The translations under genes and the position numbers were made by a program. Source: a virus. From it: a stretch of 64,000 nucleotides of DNA. The stretch covers positions 32,001-96,000 of the IMG/VR virus record IMGVR_UViG_3300017917_002918; one strand, written 5' to 3'. Positions 20,305 through 30,873 of the stretch are shown piece after piece. Positions within the stretch are counted from its first letter, which is position 1; the number at the start of each line of letters is the position of its first letter. Below the pieces are notes generated by a model that had not been told where the DNA came from, ran no database searches, and worked only from the letters and a program-made list of their open reading frames with translations.

Positions 20305-21411
20305 TTAATTATGTTCTGATTCTTTTAAAAACTCTCTATGTTCTTTATCATCATAGGCTACCTTATATTTAAACATAAAATTATAAAGCTTATTCGGTAA
20401 ATCACTTGATGAATCTTTCTTGCCAAGTAATTTCCATCTGTCAAACATATAATAAACATTTCTAATACCATAAAACTTCTCACAAGTAGCTCTAGTATGT
20501 TTAAGCGATATATCATTATCCCAAGAGATTATTATATCTACATTTAGTGATATTAAAATTCTAACTTGTTCTTGTGATAGTTCATGACCACCAGATGCCA
20601 CACAAGTTTTGTCATTTCTAGAGTGACGTTTTAAAACTCCTTTTTGACCTTCAAGTACAACAACATATCCAGCTTCTTGTATGTGTTTATAATTTTCATT
20701 TAGTCCATATAAATTTAAACCTCTTGAAAAAGGCTTTATTGCTAAATATTTAGGTATATCAAGCATCGAATATTCTTTCACAACAGTTCGCCCAATAATA
20801 CCCACGAAGGAATATCTATCCCCACACCAATATCGTTCAGGGAATATAATTCTTTTCTTTGTGTCAGAATATCCAATCGCAAACTCTTTACAAGTCCAAG
20901 GCATTATACCATCTTCACGTATTAGATTTATATGTGGTAGTGGTATATAATCTTTTAAAATCTCCTCATCGTATATAGGAATATCATTTACATTACAAAT
21001 ATCTCTTTTCTTTTTTATTCTTTTGAATATCTCCAAAGGATCTATTTTGTCTTTTGTAATGTTCTTTTTGGCATTATATTTAAATTGTAAACCTAACACC
21101 TTGTGTAAATATTTATTTGCCTCAGAAAAGTTAATATCTTTTATAGTCTGACACAAAGAGAATATATCCCCTTTTGTGGTCATGTCGGGATTATAAATCC
21201 TACAGAACAAATCATCTTTACGAACTGACACTGAATCTGTGCTAGAGTGACCATTTAATCCTGCTCGATATTCGTTACTAAACTCTTTGATATGATGACA
21301 TTCTAGACTTTCTAAAATGTCAACAATTTTATCATTATTTATTATATATTGTTTTAATTCTATAGCATCCACTGGTTCACCACCCATTACCAATCTTGAA
21401 TTATATAACAA
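20305..21411 (-). CDS. dnaG: DNA primase (TOPRIM; SPbeta YorJ-like)
   Basis: RIIFP, GIIGR, LYGL, VLEG, ISWDND; next to helicase. Confidence 0.8.
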   Translation of the reverse strand: MLYNSRLVMGGEPVDAIELKQYIINNDKIVDILESLECHHIKEFSNEYRAGLNGHSSTDSVSVRKDDLFCRIYNPDMTTKGDIFSLCQTIKDINFSEANKYLHKVLGLQFKYNAKKNITKDKIDPLEIFKRIKKKRDICNVNDIPIYDEEILKDYIPLPHINLIREDGIMPWTCKEFAIGYSDTKKRIIFPERYWCGDRYSFVGIIGRTVVKEYSMLDIPKYLAIKPFSRGLNLYGLNENYKHIQEAGYVVVLEGQKGVLKRHSRNDKTCVASGGHELSQEQVRILISLNVDIIISWDNDISLKHTRATCEKFYGIRNVYYMFDRWKLLGKKDSSSDLPNKLYNFMFKYKVAYDDKEHREFLKESEHN

Positions 21412-22925
21412 ATTCCCAATTCTTTATATATATTGGTACTTAAATTATGTTCTGCTATTATTTGATATGGTTGTGTTTCACCAAATCTATTTTTGGTTAT
21501 AAAAATTATCACATAGTGTTTATTTTTATCTAATTTAAAAGGGATCTTTGATTTTTTATTCTTACCTTCAAACCTATATCCCGTTATTTCATGTTTACCA
21601 CCTTCCAATTCATCATCAAAAGGAGAACGGATCATTATATTTACAGATGAGACATCAACTATAGACTTTGCGTTCCCGATAGCCTCATTCGTCAAATATC
21701 GCTGTTTAATAGATGCTTTGGTTAACTGATAATTCACCCAAAGGCTTACATTTTTTGCACTAGGCTTAACAGTGTCATATAACTCAACCATGTCTCTTTG
21801 CATTTCCAACCATACATTTTCAGTTCTGCTATCTGAGCTACTTTTAAGAGTGTCTAATAAGAAAAACTTACACCCCATACTTGCATACTTTTTTATAATC
21901 TTTATTGCAATTTTAGTAGTATATCGTTCCAGAGGGATTATTGTAATATTCTTTCTCTCTTTCTTTTCCTCTAACCATTCAGCACATTTACGCAATAACA
22001 CCATGGTGTCTTCATCAAAATTACCATTTCTTAACACATGTTTTTTTAATTCTTGTTTAAATATGTTATTAGCAACCCATATTAACATTTCCTTTTGAAT
22101 CTTTGTCTGATCTTCTTCGTTGATAATAATGCACATTTTTTCATCGTGTTCTATTATAGAAGGTAATAACCATCTAATTGCAGTAGTTGTTTTACCCACA
22201 CCACTACCTGCTCCTAGCATATTTATATGTCCCAAATTACATCCTGATATAAGTTGATTTAACAGAGGGGAATCACATAAAGGTAAGCCAACATTTTTAC
22301 CTTGATTTAACTCATCTATCAACTCATTTAAGTTTTCACACAAATTATAACTTTTCACTTCACCATCAACATTTAAAAATAAATGATTTAACTTAGCCTC
22401 GTATTCACTATAAATTTCTTCAGCACTCATATCTGCGAATTTACTCAATTTACCTTGTACAGGGAATTTCATTTTTAATAATTCAATTACTACATTCCAC
22501 TTTTTTAATTCTCGCACATATCCTGACATATTCTCTTCTTTGATATATGACTTAGCATTTTCAATTGTTTCATATCCACCATATTCATTATATTTTGATT
22601 TTAATTTAGGATGTTTGTCTAAATATAATCCTACAGTAATTTCATCGAGAACATGTTTCTTTTCGTTAACAAGTAAATCTTTTGCTACAGCAAAATATAC
22701 TTTCCATATATTATTACTGAAATCTTCTAATTTTAATTCGTAATTATGTATCGTGTCTGGCAAAGAATATATAATCGAAACGATATTCGCTTCAGATGCC
22801 AACTTATATTCTCGAACCTTTTTCATTGTGTCTACTAATTCTTGTTCAAATGCTGACAGTTCTATTTGATTTGTTGAATTATTTTTCATTTTACTTGTTT
22901 TACCTGTTTTATTTTTAGCCACCAA
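21387..22925 (-). CDS. dnaB: DnaB-like replicative helicase (SPbeta YorI-like)
   Basis: GAGSGVGKT, FLLDTLK, NYQL, ITKNRFG. Confidence 0.85.
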   Translation of the reverse strand: MVAKNKTGKTSKMKNNSTNQIELSAFEQELVDTMKKVREYKLASEANIVSIIYSLPDTIHNYELKLEDFSNNIWKVYFAVAKDLLVNEKKHVLDEITVGLYLDKHPKLKSKYNEYGGYETIENAKSYIKEENMSGYVRELKKWNVVIELLKMKFPVQGKLSKFADMSAEEIYSEYEAKLNHLFLNVDGEVKSYNLCENLNELIDELNQGKNVGLPLCDSPLLNQLISGCNLGHINMLGAGSGVGKTTTAIRWLLPSIIEHDEKMCIIINEEDQTKIQKEMLIWVANNIFKQELKKHVLRNGNFDEDTMVLLRKCAEWLEEKKERKNITIIPLERYTTKIAIKIIKKYASMGCKFFLLDTLKSSSDSRTENVWLEMQRDMVELYDTVKPSAKNVSLWVNYQLTKASIKQRYLTNEAIGNAKSIVDVSSVNIMIRSPFDDELEGGKHEITGYRFEGKNKKSKIPFKLDKNKHYVIIFITKNRFGETQPYQIIAEHNLSTNIYKELGICYIIQDW

Positions 22926-23384
22926 TCACCACAGCCCTTCTAAGTCAGAATTATGCACATCCACACTAGCTTTTCTATACTCTGCAATTTCACTATTCAT
23001 GTAACTCACATCTAGTGATTCCGTTTTTTCTTTGCTCTTATTTGCTTTTTTAAGCCTAATAACCACATCATTTATTTCGTTTTCTATAAACACCATTGCC
23101 GAATTAAATTTATGGCTTTCGTCTTTGAATTTAATGTCATTAACCTTAAACCAGTTTAATATCTTTGGCTTACACACCTTAAATGTGTATAAAATATCTT
23201 TAAATTCATAATTTGCCATTGGTTTTGCTTTTGTGTTCCGCATAAACTGACCCTTACTTAAGCCCTGTAGACGTAAAACTACATTTTTTGAAAGTTTCAT
23301 ATCTTTGTCATAACCCATTATTTCTTTTCTTACGTATTCGTATAATTCGTCCCAGTCTGCTTTTTCTTGTTTTGACCACGCCAT
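22926..23384 (-). CDS. Conserved replication-operon protein (YorH-like position)
   Basis: Synteny with the SPbeta-like replication operon. Confidence 0.5.
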   Translation of the reverse strand: MAWSKQEKADWDELYEYVRKEIMGYDKDMKLSKNVVLRLQGLSKGQFMRNTKAKPMANYEFKDILYTFKVCKPKILNWFKVNDIKFKDESHKFNSAMVFIENEINDVVIRLKKANKSKEKTESLDVSYMNSEIAEYRKASVDVHNSDLEGLW

Positions 23385-23520
23385 AAAATCACCTCAATTA
23401 ATTAGAATATATTATCATAATTTAATTATAAACTATTTGTGAGATGTTGTCAATCTTAATACTTCATAACAAAAAAATAAGAGAGCTTTTGACACTCTCT
23501 TATGATATGTAGTAGAGTTA

Positions 23521-24651
23521 TTATTTAATTAAACTCAATAATTCTCTAGCCTGTGCGACATCTTCAACTTTAGCAGGACTGAGTAATCCAAATTCTTTTG
23601 CTTTAGCAACCAATGGTTTTAATTTAGTTGTATCTGTTTTATTAATTTTTATAAAACTAGAAATTTGTTCTATTATATTTTCAACTTCTTGTTTATCAAC
23701 TTCAGCTTGCTTTGCTAGTACATTTTTCTCTACTAACTCTTCTTTAACCTTGTCTTGGTCAATCTTTGTATCTTCGATTGATTTAGCACCATTTTGTTTT
23801 TCATGTTCCATTTTAATAGCATTTTCGATTGCTTTAATGAACTCATCTGAGTTGAGTGATATACAATCTGTTATTTCTGAAAATCTTGATTTTGAATCAA
23901 TATTAAAATTATCATCTCTAAATGTTATGATTCTTGATTCATTTGAAATACTACCCTTGATTTCGTCTTTTTTATTAGAACCAACCCCAACCTTTTTGCC
24001 AGTTTTAATTTGTGTGATTTCTCTATTTATAGATGCCACACCTAGTACATGTAGCTTTGTTTTAATAGCATTAAAATATCTATGCGACATATTAGTGGTT
24101 AACATATCATATTCTAAACCTGTTGATACATCGGTCATTGTTCTTTTTTTCGTATGACCTAATATAAACATACTAATTCCAACTTTTTTTAGTTGCCATA
24201 TTTTTTCTAATATGAGTTCTATAGCTTTGTCTTCACCACCCATATAGCCCCCAAAAGCAGCTTTTATTGACTTGACAGGCTTATCTGGATTTTGTCTATT
24301 ATGTAATCTAATTACTTCTGGTTCGGCAATTCTGAATAATTCATCCAGAGTATCGTAAACGATAACTTTTAAATCTTTGTATGCCGTTAATTTATTTTCT
24401 ATTATGTAATTTGTAACTTCATCAAATGTATCCCAATCTGGAATATCTTCATACATAGCTCCTGCAATTGCATCTATACCATCTTCTAAACCTACATTGA
24501 AAATAAGGTAGCCGTCTTCTCCCACAAGTCTTTCACATACTTCCTTTGCCAGAGAACTCTTTCCAATTCCTGATTCACCGATTACTGCCAAATTATAAGC
24601 TAATGGGTCTACTTTTATTACATTCTTTTTACCAAATTTTCTCTCAGCCAA
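23521..24651 (-). CDS. AAA_24/Sak4-like ATPase (YorG-like)
   Basis: GESGIGKS, IVYDTLD, LGH. Confidence 0.75.
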   Translation of the reverse strand: MAERKFGKKNVIKVDPLAYNLAVIGESGIGKSSLAKEVCERLVGEDGYLIFNVGLEDGIDAIAGAMYEDIPDWDTFDEVTNYIIENKLTAYKDLKVIVYDTLDELFRIAEPEVIRLHNRQNPDKPVKSIKAAFGGYMGGEDKAIELILEKIWQLKKVGISMFILGHTKKRTMTDVSTGLEYDMLTTNMSHRYFNAIKTKLHVLGVASINREITQIKTGKKVGVGSNKKDEIKGSISNESRIITFRDDNFNIDSKSRFSEITDCISLNSDEFIKAIENAIKMEHEKQNGAKSIEDTKIDQDKVKEELVEKNVLAKQAEVDKQEVENIIEQISSFIKINKTDTTKLKPLVAKAKEFGLLSPAKVEDVAQARELLSLIK

Positions 24652-24744
24652 ATCAATTCCTCCTAATAATTTTATTAATAATCATAATTTAACTATCAGG
24701 ATGAAATATTAATTATCCACCCTGATAATTTTAAACTCTCACAT

Positions 24745-25983
24745 TTAATCCAATAATGCATTCATCCACTCATCTTCATCAACGTCTACTTCATCATCGT
24801 CCTCTGTGTCAACTACAACTTTTTTGGTGGTCGTTTTCTTATCTTCTACTTCTGCAACGATCTCCTCAACATCTTCTTCTTCAGTTTCAAACATGAAGTC
24901 AAATATTAAATCATCTTCGGAGTATTTTTCTTCTGTTTTCATTATAGTCGGCTTCTTATTCTCGTCGTTGCCTACCATTTTAATAGCAGGTCTTCTGATT
25001 ATTAATCTTTTCTCTCTATCACCACGAACTACAAGTGTTGCTAGTGCATCCTCTAATGTGTATGCTCCCATTTCAATTAACTCTTTAATCTCATCTGGAA
25101 GATCATCTTCAGTTAGCGTCGTAGTGCTTGCACCTTCCACTATATCACCTTCTAATGTAATTTCAGTAATACCCTTTTTAACTTTTAATACACTATCTAA
25201 GAACTTCTTTGTTTTTTCAACATCTGATTTATTTACTTCTAATTCCATTATTTTATTAAATGGAATATTGGTTTTTACTTCTTTGTCTCCCCACATTTTT
25301 ATGTAATCAACAATTTTTACATTGATTGGGTATACTGCTTTTTGCTTATCCAATTTGCCAATACTATCTTTATCTAATAGTACAGTTTGTGTAAAAGATG
25401 CTTTGTATTTAGCAGGGTCATCAACTTTTGACAAGAATATACTTTTGATTTCCTTTTTCATTTGTACATTACCGTCATACATTGAATACTTAAATTCACC
25501 TTTAACATTGATAACCATTCCTGCTTTTAGATGCTCTTGTACATATGCTATAGCATCATAAGCTGATAAGAATTTCTTTGTATATGTAACTTCTTTTTTA
25601 TCTTTGTTAATTACTTTTTCAAGTCCCACTTTAATGAAACACTTTTCACCAATAGTTTCCAAAACTTCTTCATCGAACCTATCATCCCAATCAATTGTAA
25701 ATTGAGTTCCCCAATCATCTTGTTTTTTCTTGTTGTCATCTTCTTTAACACCGTGTACATATAGAACATTATCTCTAGTAGCTCCATATCCACCCATTAA
25801 TTCAGAATAAACAATATTACCATTTCCACAATTAACACCTAGATTTAGTGAATTGTAAACCCAGTCACTTTTTGTTGAAGATTGATCCATTTTGAATGTA
25901 AAATCAGTAATTTGTGCCTCACCAATTAGTTGGAATTCTGACGTACCTTTTTTTAAAGGTATTTTTTCTTCAATTTTAGCCAT
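24745..25983 (-). CDS. Putative ssDNA-binding protein (YorF-like) with acidic tail
   Basis: Beta-rich body, very acidic C-terminus, upstream of Sak4-like ATPase. Confidence 0.55.
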   Translation of the reverse strand: MAKIEEKIPLKKGTSEFQLIGEAQITDFTFKMDQSSTKSDWVYNSLNLGVNCGNGNIVYSELMGGYGATRDNVLYVHGVKEDDNKKKQDDWGTQFTIDWDDRFDEEVLETIGEKCFIKVGLEKVINKDKKEVTYTKKFLSAYDAIAYVQEHLKAGMVINVKGEFKYSMYDGNVQMKKEIKSIFLSKVDDPAKYKASFTQTVLLDKDSIGKLDKQKAVYPINVKIVDYIKMWGDKEVKTNIPFNKIMELEVNKSDVEKTKKFLDSVLKVKKGITEITLEGDIVEGASTTTLTEDDLPDEIKELIEMGAYTLEDALATLVVRGDREKRLIIRRPAIKMVGNDENKKPTIMKTEEKYSEDDLIFDFMFETEEEDVEEIVAEVEDKKTTTKKVVVDTEDDDEVDVDEDEWMNALLD

Positions 25984-26105
25984 GTAAAATCCTCCATTAT
26001 CATATTTTAATTTTTTTTATTACTTGAACAAACTAACCATTATTTCTAATTATAACATATCTCATATTTTTGTCAAGACATTATCATAATTTAATTACTA
26101 ACGAT

Positions 26106-26288
26106 TTAATCTTCATTCTCAATCTTATCTACCACATAATTTTCTATCTTATGTAACAATTGCTTTGCTTCTAAAATTAATGACACTAGTTCTGTATCTG
26201 TAATTTCTTCTGCATTAGTCATCTTATCAACTACATAACCCACTCCGTCTTCATCAATTGCCATTTGCAATGACACATATTCATCCAT
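26106..26288 (-). CDS. Hypothetical protein
   Basis: ORF with RBS and own promoter (26339-26366). Confidence 0.55.
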   Translation of the reverse strand: MDEYVSLQMAIDEDGVGYVVDKMTNAEEITDTELVSLILEAKQLLHKIENYVVDKIENED

Positions 26289-26384
26289 AGCATATTTCTC
26301 CTTTCTTTAAGTTTTCGTAACTCATAACTCTTAATTTAATTATATCACTACAAAAACAATTGTCAATATGTTATCATAAATTAA

Positions 26385-26936
26385 TTATTTGCCGAACATT
26401 TTATCATAAGCTCCACCTTTACGGTGAATGTAATCTTGATGCTCTGAGGGATGTTTCAAGTCTATCATGTTCCACCATTCATTATTACCACCATATGAAC
26501 AAGGTATTATATGATGAGCATCATATTTCTGACCTTTCATTCTAATTATTTTACCATGCTTATTCTTCACATTCTCATCATATGTCTTCCACGGTCTACC
26601 ATACTGATTCTCGAATTCCTGAATAATATTATGTTTCGCACCATTGAACTCTCGCCTATGTTGTTTATTTTCTGTTGTAGACAATTTATTATAGATATAA
26701 TGCTCAATATGGTATTTAATTTCAGCTATTTGTTTATCAGGCAGTTTATGACCACAAGCATACTCTATCTCATTGATATAATCCTGAAACAATAAATCAA
26801 ACTTAATACTTGATCTTCTGGTGTCCTTATCTCGCTCCTTTCTCTTGTCTGTTTTGGCGTTAATACTTTGCCAAAATGAAGTCATGAATTCTTTGTGGGT
26901 CTGTCTTGGTTTCTCTAGCAATAACATAGTTTCCAT
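26385..26936 (-). CDS. HNH-type nuclease
   Basis: YDAHHIIP-x-GGNNEWWN...EHQDYIH; RBS supports ATG 26936. Confidence 0.75.
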   Translation of the reverse strand: METMLLLEKPRQTHKEFMTSFWQSINAKTDKRKERDKDTRRSSIKFDLLFQDYINEIEYACGHKLPDKQIAEIKYHIEHYIYNKLSTTENKQHRREFNGAKHNIIQEFENQYGRPWKTYDENVKNKHGKIIRMKGQKYDAHHIIPCSYGGNNEWWNMIDLKHPSEHQDYIHRKGGAYDKMFGK

Positions 26937-27007
26937 CGATGTTGCTCCTTTGAAGTTTATATAGATAACACAAAACACTAGGAGTTATCCCAGTGCTTTG
27001 TTTGATC

Positions 27008-27193
27008 TTATAGTTTTTTAATTTCATTGACAAAGTTGATTACGCGTTGTTTCATTTCTCTATCGTCAAAGGTCAAGAAATCATCTTCCTTATCGGCTAA
27101 CTCGTTATGTAAGAATTTCACTTCTCTTAGCACATTATCCAAATTTAAGTGTCCACTTATTGTCATGAAGTTATAATCATTTATTGTACTCAT
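27008..27193 (-). CDS. Hypothetical protein
   Basis: Coupled to upstream ORF. Confidence 0.5.
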   Translation of the reverse strand: MSTINDYNFMTISGHLNLDNVLREVKFLHNELADKEDDFLTFDDREMKQRVINFVNEIKKL

Positions 27194-27843
27194 AATTTAG
27201 TTATCTCCAATCCAATTAACTCCGTAAAATACGGTAATTTTATAATCCAATCACAAACTTTGTGCCATTCAGGTAATTGATGATTTTTGCGTTGGTGATA
27301 TATGTTTAGCAATTGCTGATAGTTTGTATTTATTGTTCGTCTTTGTAAGAAAGATTCAGGTAAGTTCTTTTTTAGTTCGATTTTATGAGCAATTCTATCT
27401 TCTCGATTTGTAGCTGACTTGTATGCGTTTAAGACTAAGTTCAAGTCGCACAATGTCGATTGAAAGATATTACTCTCGAACATATCTTGAGTAATTTCCT
27501 CATTTCTCATTAAAGTGTGCATCGTAGAACAAGAAATTTTTTCCAAATGTTTGTACGTATCCATTTCAGCCCATATATATCTCGGTAGTACTAAATCTAC
27601 CCAAACTTGAATCATTCTCAAATGTTTGCAATGTTCTGAGCCTGCTTTTGTTAATTTTTGCGATAATTTTCGATCTGCTTCACCTAAAGCAAATCCCTCA
27701 ATATTAATATTCTTACTTAAAGTATTATGAGTACAAAAATCTTTATTTATACTATCACTTTTACTCCAACTGTCCATTGGATTCCTACATGCCCTCAATG
27801 ACGCTTCAAATCCAAATACCTGCGTATGCTCAATTTTCATCAT
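27190..27843 (-). CDS. ThyX-like protein (divergent)
   Basis: EH-KHLR...PRYIWAE-DTY...SCSTMH...LPESFLQRRT...NY...R-NH-LPEW resembles the ThyX fold but lacks the canonical RHRxxS motif. Confidence 0.5.
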   Translation of the reverse strand: MMKIEHTQVFGFEASLRACRNPMDSWSKSDSINKDFCTHNTLSKNINIEGFALGEADRKLSQKLTKAGSEHCKHLRMIQVWVDLVLPRYIWAEMDTYKHLEKISCSTMHTLMRNEEITQDMFESNIFQSTLCDLNLVLNAYKSATNREDRIAHKIELKKNLPESFLQRRTINTNYQQLLNIYHQRKNHQLPEWHKVCDWIIKLPYFTELIGLEITKL

Positions 27844-28183
27844 TGTCCTCCGATTCTACATATTCGCTATTCCAACAATGATCACAACTATGTGTCTCAT
27901 CACATCTATTTTTTACACCAAAAATTTCTCTTAGACAATAATCATCAATAACGAGTTCCATATTACACTTTGGAAATTTCTCTTTAAACACACTTGCATA
28001 AGTTTTGACAGGATTTTTTTTTGCCCATTTTTCAACTATAGCAACAGCTTCTTTTGTGTGATTTTCCATAAGTTCCATGCACACAATACCATATGCATTG
28101 TTAGTACGTTCCATCTTACAATCACTACAAATTACATTTTTACACATTCTCTGCCTAGTTTTTACATATTCAACAGCATCCAT
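27830..28183 (-). CDS. Cys-rich phage hypothetical protein
   Basis: RMC...CSDC...VEKWAK-NP-KT...C-HCWN pattern. Confidence 0.6.
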   Translation of the reverse strand: MDAVEYVKTRQRMCKNVICSDCKMERTNNAYGIVCMELMENHTKEAVAIVEKWAKKNPVKTYASVFKEKFPKCNMELVIDDYCLREIFGVKNRCDETHSCDHCWNSEYVESEDNDEN

Positions 28184-28358
28184 TTTAACTTCTCCTTTAT
28201 ATTCATATTTTAATTTATATTATTGCTCTTTCAATAACTCTTGTTTAGCCAGCTCTAACTCTAACTTAGTTATCCTATTCATTAACGCAACAATAACTTT
28301 GTCTTGTTCCTCGATTTGTTTGTTCGCAATTTCTAGCTTCTGCGTTACCGTCACATTA

Positions 28359-28727
28359 TCACTCCTTTACCACCTCGATCATACCAACCAAATTCTTATA
28401 TGGTATTATATTAAATCCAAATTCTTCACCACTAATCACTATATGATTAGCAGGAGAAAAGTTTTGCATGTATCCTTGAATCATTTTTACAGTATGTATC
28501 ATTATTTCACCACTTGGACTCATTGGATGATACCAAAGAACAAACTCTCTGCCATCTAAACTATGGAATTTGGTCTGTTTTAATTTGTCCTTATTTAACT
28601 TAGTATCTTTACTTTGCTCAGTAGTATTAGTTTTACCCGTCATAAGCAAATCTACATCAGCAACATAATCAGTCACTAACCTACTTAGTTCCTTTTCCAA
28701 AAGCGACATTATTTTTTCGTTGTCCAT
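28359..28727 (-). CDS. Hypothetical protein
   Basis: ORF with RBS. Confidence 0.55.
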   Translation of the reverse strand: MDNEKIMSLLEKELSRLVTDYVADVDLLMTGKTNTTEQSKDTKLNKDKLKQTKFHSLDGREFVLWYHPMSPSGEIMIHTVKMIQGYMQNFSPANHIVISGEEFGFNIIPYKNLVGMIEVVKE

Positions 28728-28770
28728 AATTTACACTCCTTTAATTGTATTTTGATTTCAAACATGTTTC

Positions 28771-29019
28771 TTATTTATCACAATAACTTATAGTAATCTC
28801 AACATTACTTCCATAAATTTCTGTGAATGTAACTTGACCAGCGAACACGATATAGTCTCTCCCACTAATCAACTTCCTGTTAAACTCAAACCACAGCCAC
28901 TTATAATGTTTTTTGCCAAGCCAATAGTATCTAGGTGATGATGTCGTTGTCTGATTGATGCTTCCATCACAATAATACTGTGTTAACTCGATACTGCACA
29001 ATTTCGGTATCAGATTCAT
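28771..29019 (-). CDS. Hypothetical protein
   Basis: ORF with RBS and promoter (29059-29086). Confidence 0.55.
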   Translation of the reverse strand: MNLIPKLCSIELTQYYCDGSINQTTTSSPRYYWLGKKHYKWLWFEFNRKLISGRDYIVFAGQVTFTEIYGSNVEITISYCDK

Positions 29020-29103
29020 AAATTCTCCTTTACTAAAACAAACGAACGTTATAATTTAATTATATCATGCATTTAATAATTGTCAAACTGTAGTCATATC
29101 ATG

Positions 29104-30015
29104 TCATTTGGGCAGAAAACCTCGCATTTGAAATATCGCCAAATCTTTTTCTTTGGCTTCAACCATTATATCAACATCATTTACGTACCTACCAGATAAC
29201 ATTATCAATCCTATTGCATATACTATATCATCATAGGTGATATAATCAGCATGACTCCTGTCATCCACCTTGCCCTTACCACTTGACATATGAATTTTTG
29301 GCTTCTTACTACCCCATGTGTCAAAAATCATATCAACGTATTCTTCTATGACATATCCACCAGTGTTACACCTATGATGGTGAACATCTAGCACCATTGG
29401 TATATTTAACTTTTGACAAAGTGTTAAAACATCTACAATATTAAAACTCTTATCATCATTCTCCAAATGAATCTTATTTTGAATTTGTTTTGGTAGTCTG
29501 TAAAAGCTTTCTTCAAATCTTAACATAGCTAAAGACTTATCTCCATATGCACCACCAACATGAAGCAATATAGTATCAAATCCCAATAGCTCACACAAAG
29601 TATTATGATATACTAAATCTTTTAAACTACTTTGAAACACTTCTTCTCGTGGTGAGTTAATAAGTGTGAATTGGTCAGGATGAGTACTACAACGAATATT
29701 GCTTGCACTAATATATGACTTAATTTTACCACACAATTCTAACACATCACTATCATTTGCCCAGTCCCATTCAGTTTGTAATGTCGCTAATGGAATCAAA
29801 TCTGAACTAAAGCGATATACATTAATGTTATTGCTTACGCAAAACTCCAGTATCTTGTATGTATTAGATAGGTTAGTAAGAGTGCGACTTTTTAACTCTT
29901 TAATGGCATTGGTGGGATCTTGTGACAATAGTTTAAGATATTGTGTCCTCGTCATTGTACGAAACGAGCCATCCTTACCTAATGTTTTACTCATACAGCA
30001 TAAACCAAAATTCAT
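29104..30015 (-). CDS. uvsE: UV damage endonuclease
   Basis: YRFSSDLIP, STHPDQF, LHVGGAYG, LENDD, LDVHHH, KIHMS, SHAD, MVEAKEKD. Confidence 0.93.
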   Translation of the reverse strand: MNFGLCCMSKTLGKDGSFRTMTRTQYLKLLSQDPTNAIKELKSRTLTNLSNTYKILEFCVSNNINVYRFSSDLIPLATLQTEWDWANDSDVLELCGKIKSYISASNIRCSTHPDQFTLINSPREEVFQSSLKDLVYHNTLCELLGFDTILLHVGGAYGDKSLAMLRFEESFYRLPKQIQNKIHLENDDKSFNIVDVLTLCQKLNIPMVLDVHHHRCNTGGYVIEEYVDMIFDTWGSKKPKIHMSSGKGKVDDRSHADYITYDDIVYAIGLIMLSGRYVNDVDIMVEAKEKDLAIFQMRGFLPK

Positions 30016-30167
30016 AGAACCAACTCCTTGTTATTTAATATAATAATAGTATAACATCTTAATGTAAATAATGCAATACTAATTATCATAATTTAATTAC
30101 AAGGAGCTGTTTTATGTTATTAAGGTTAATGTATACAACAAGTATCCATGTTTATAAAATTCTCGTT

Positions 30168-30299
30168 TTAGGCAAACAAAGCGGGGATTAAGAATGCCCA
30201 CAAACAAGTGGCATCTTTTGTTATAAACAGAGCAACTAAAATGACTATTCCTGTCACAAGCCACACCACAGCTTCATTATAATTATTTCTTAAACTCAT
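30168..30299 (-). CDS. 43-aa membrane peptide (not in ORF track) lying between two junction sites
   Basis: MSLRNNYNEAVVWLVTGIVILVALFITKDATCLWAFLIPALFA; RBS AAGGAG; sites at 30154-30171 and 30321-30338. Confidence 0.65.
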   Translation of the reverse strand: MSLRNNYNEAVVWLVTGIVILVALFITKDATCLWAFLIPALFA

Positions 30300-30320
30300 A
30301 AAAACACTCCTTCCTTTCAC

Positions 30321-30366
30321 ACAAAAGTTTGAATTTATCACAATTTGTGATTACTATAAACCTTGA
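30321..30366 (+). repeat. Extended junction site: 18-bp core plus accessory motif
   Basis: ACAAAA-GTTTGA-ATTTAT, 16 bp, TATAAACCTTGA. Confidence 0.6.
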
Positions 30367-30423
30367 TACAAGCCAACTATGAAAAATCAAAAAATTGACC
30401 TGTATCACAACTTTAGCCTAAAA

Positions 30424-30873
30424 TTATTTCAACATTGCTTCAATCTCGTCAATTTCTAACTCAATTTTCTTCTCATTTGATAACATCTGGCTTAATTTAT
30501 CTTCCATGAGTTTCAACTTTTTCTCTTCTTCTTTCCTTGATAAAACTTCTAGTTTAGCCTTAATATCTTCAATCCAAAGGTTAATGTTGTACCCACTAAT
30601 TTTCCATTCTTCTAGTAATCCTAATTCTGTTGCAGAGTTTTTGTATCCAGTTAATACGACTAAGATAAGAATAAGTTGATCCTTTGTCAATGTGTTTATA
30701 TTATGACTCTCACCACTTAGAATAAGCATACAGTTTGTTATAGGTGTAAATCTTTTGATTCCATCAATCTTTTCTCTCTTTTCACTAATTTGCTTCTTTA
30801 ACAATAGTATCTTTTCATCATTTTTAATATTTGACATTTTAATGTATCCTCCTATAAAATTTACCATTCGCAA
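30424..30873 (-). CDS. Hypothetical coiled-coil protein
   Basis: Coupled to upstream 368-aa ORF. Confidence 0.6.
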   Translation of the reverse strand: MRMVNFIGGYIKMSNIKNDEKILLLKKQISEKREKIDGIKRFTPITNCMLILSGESHNINTLTKDQLILILVVLTGYKNSATELGLLEEWKISGYNINLWIEDIKAKLEVLSRKEEEKKLKLMEDKLSQMLSNEKKIELEIDEIEAMLK

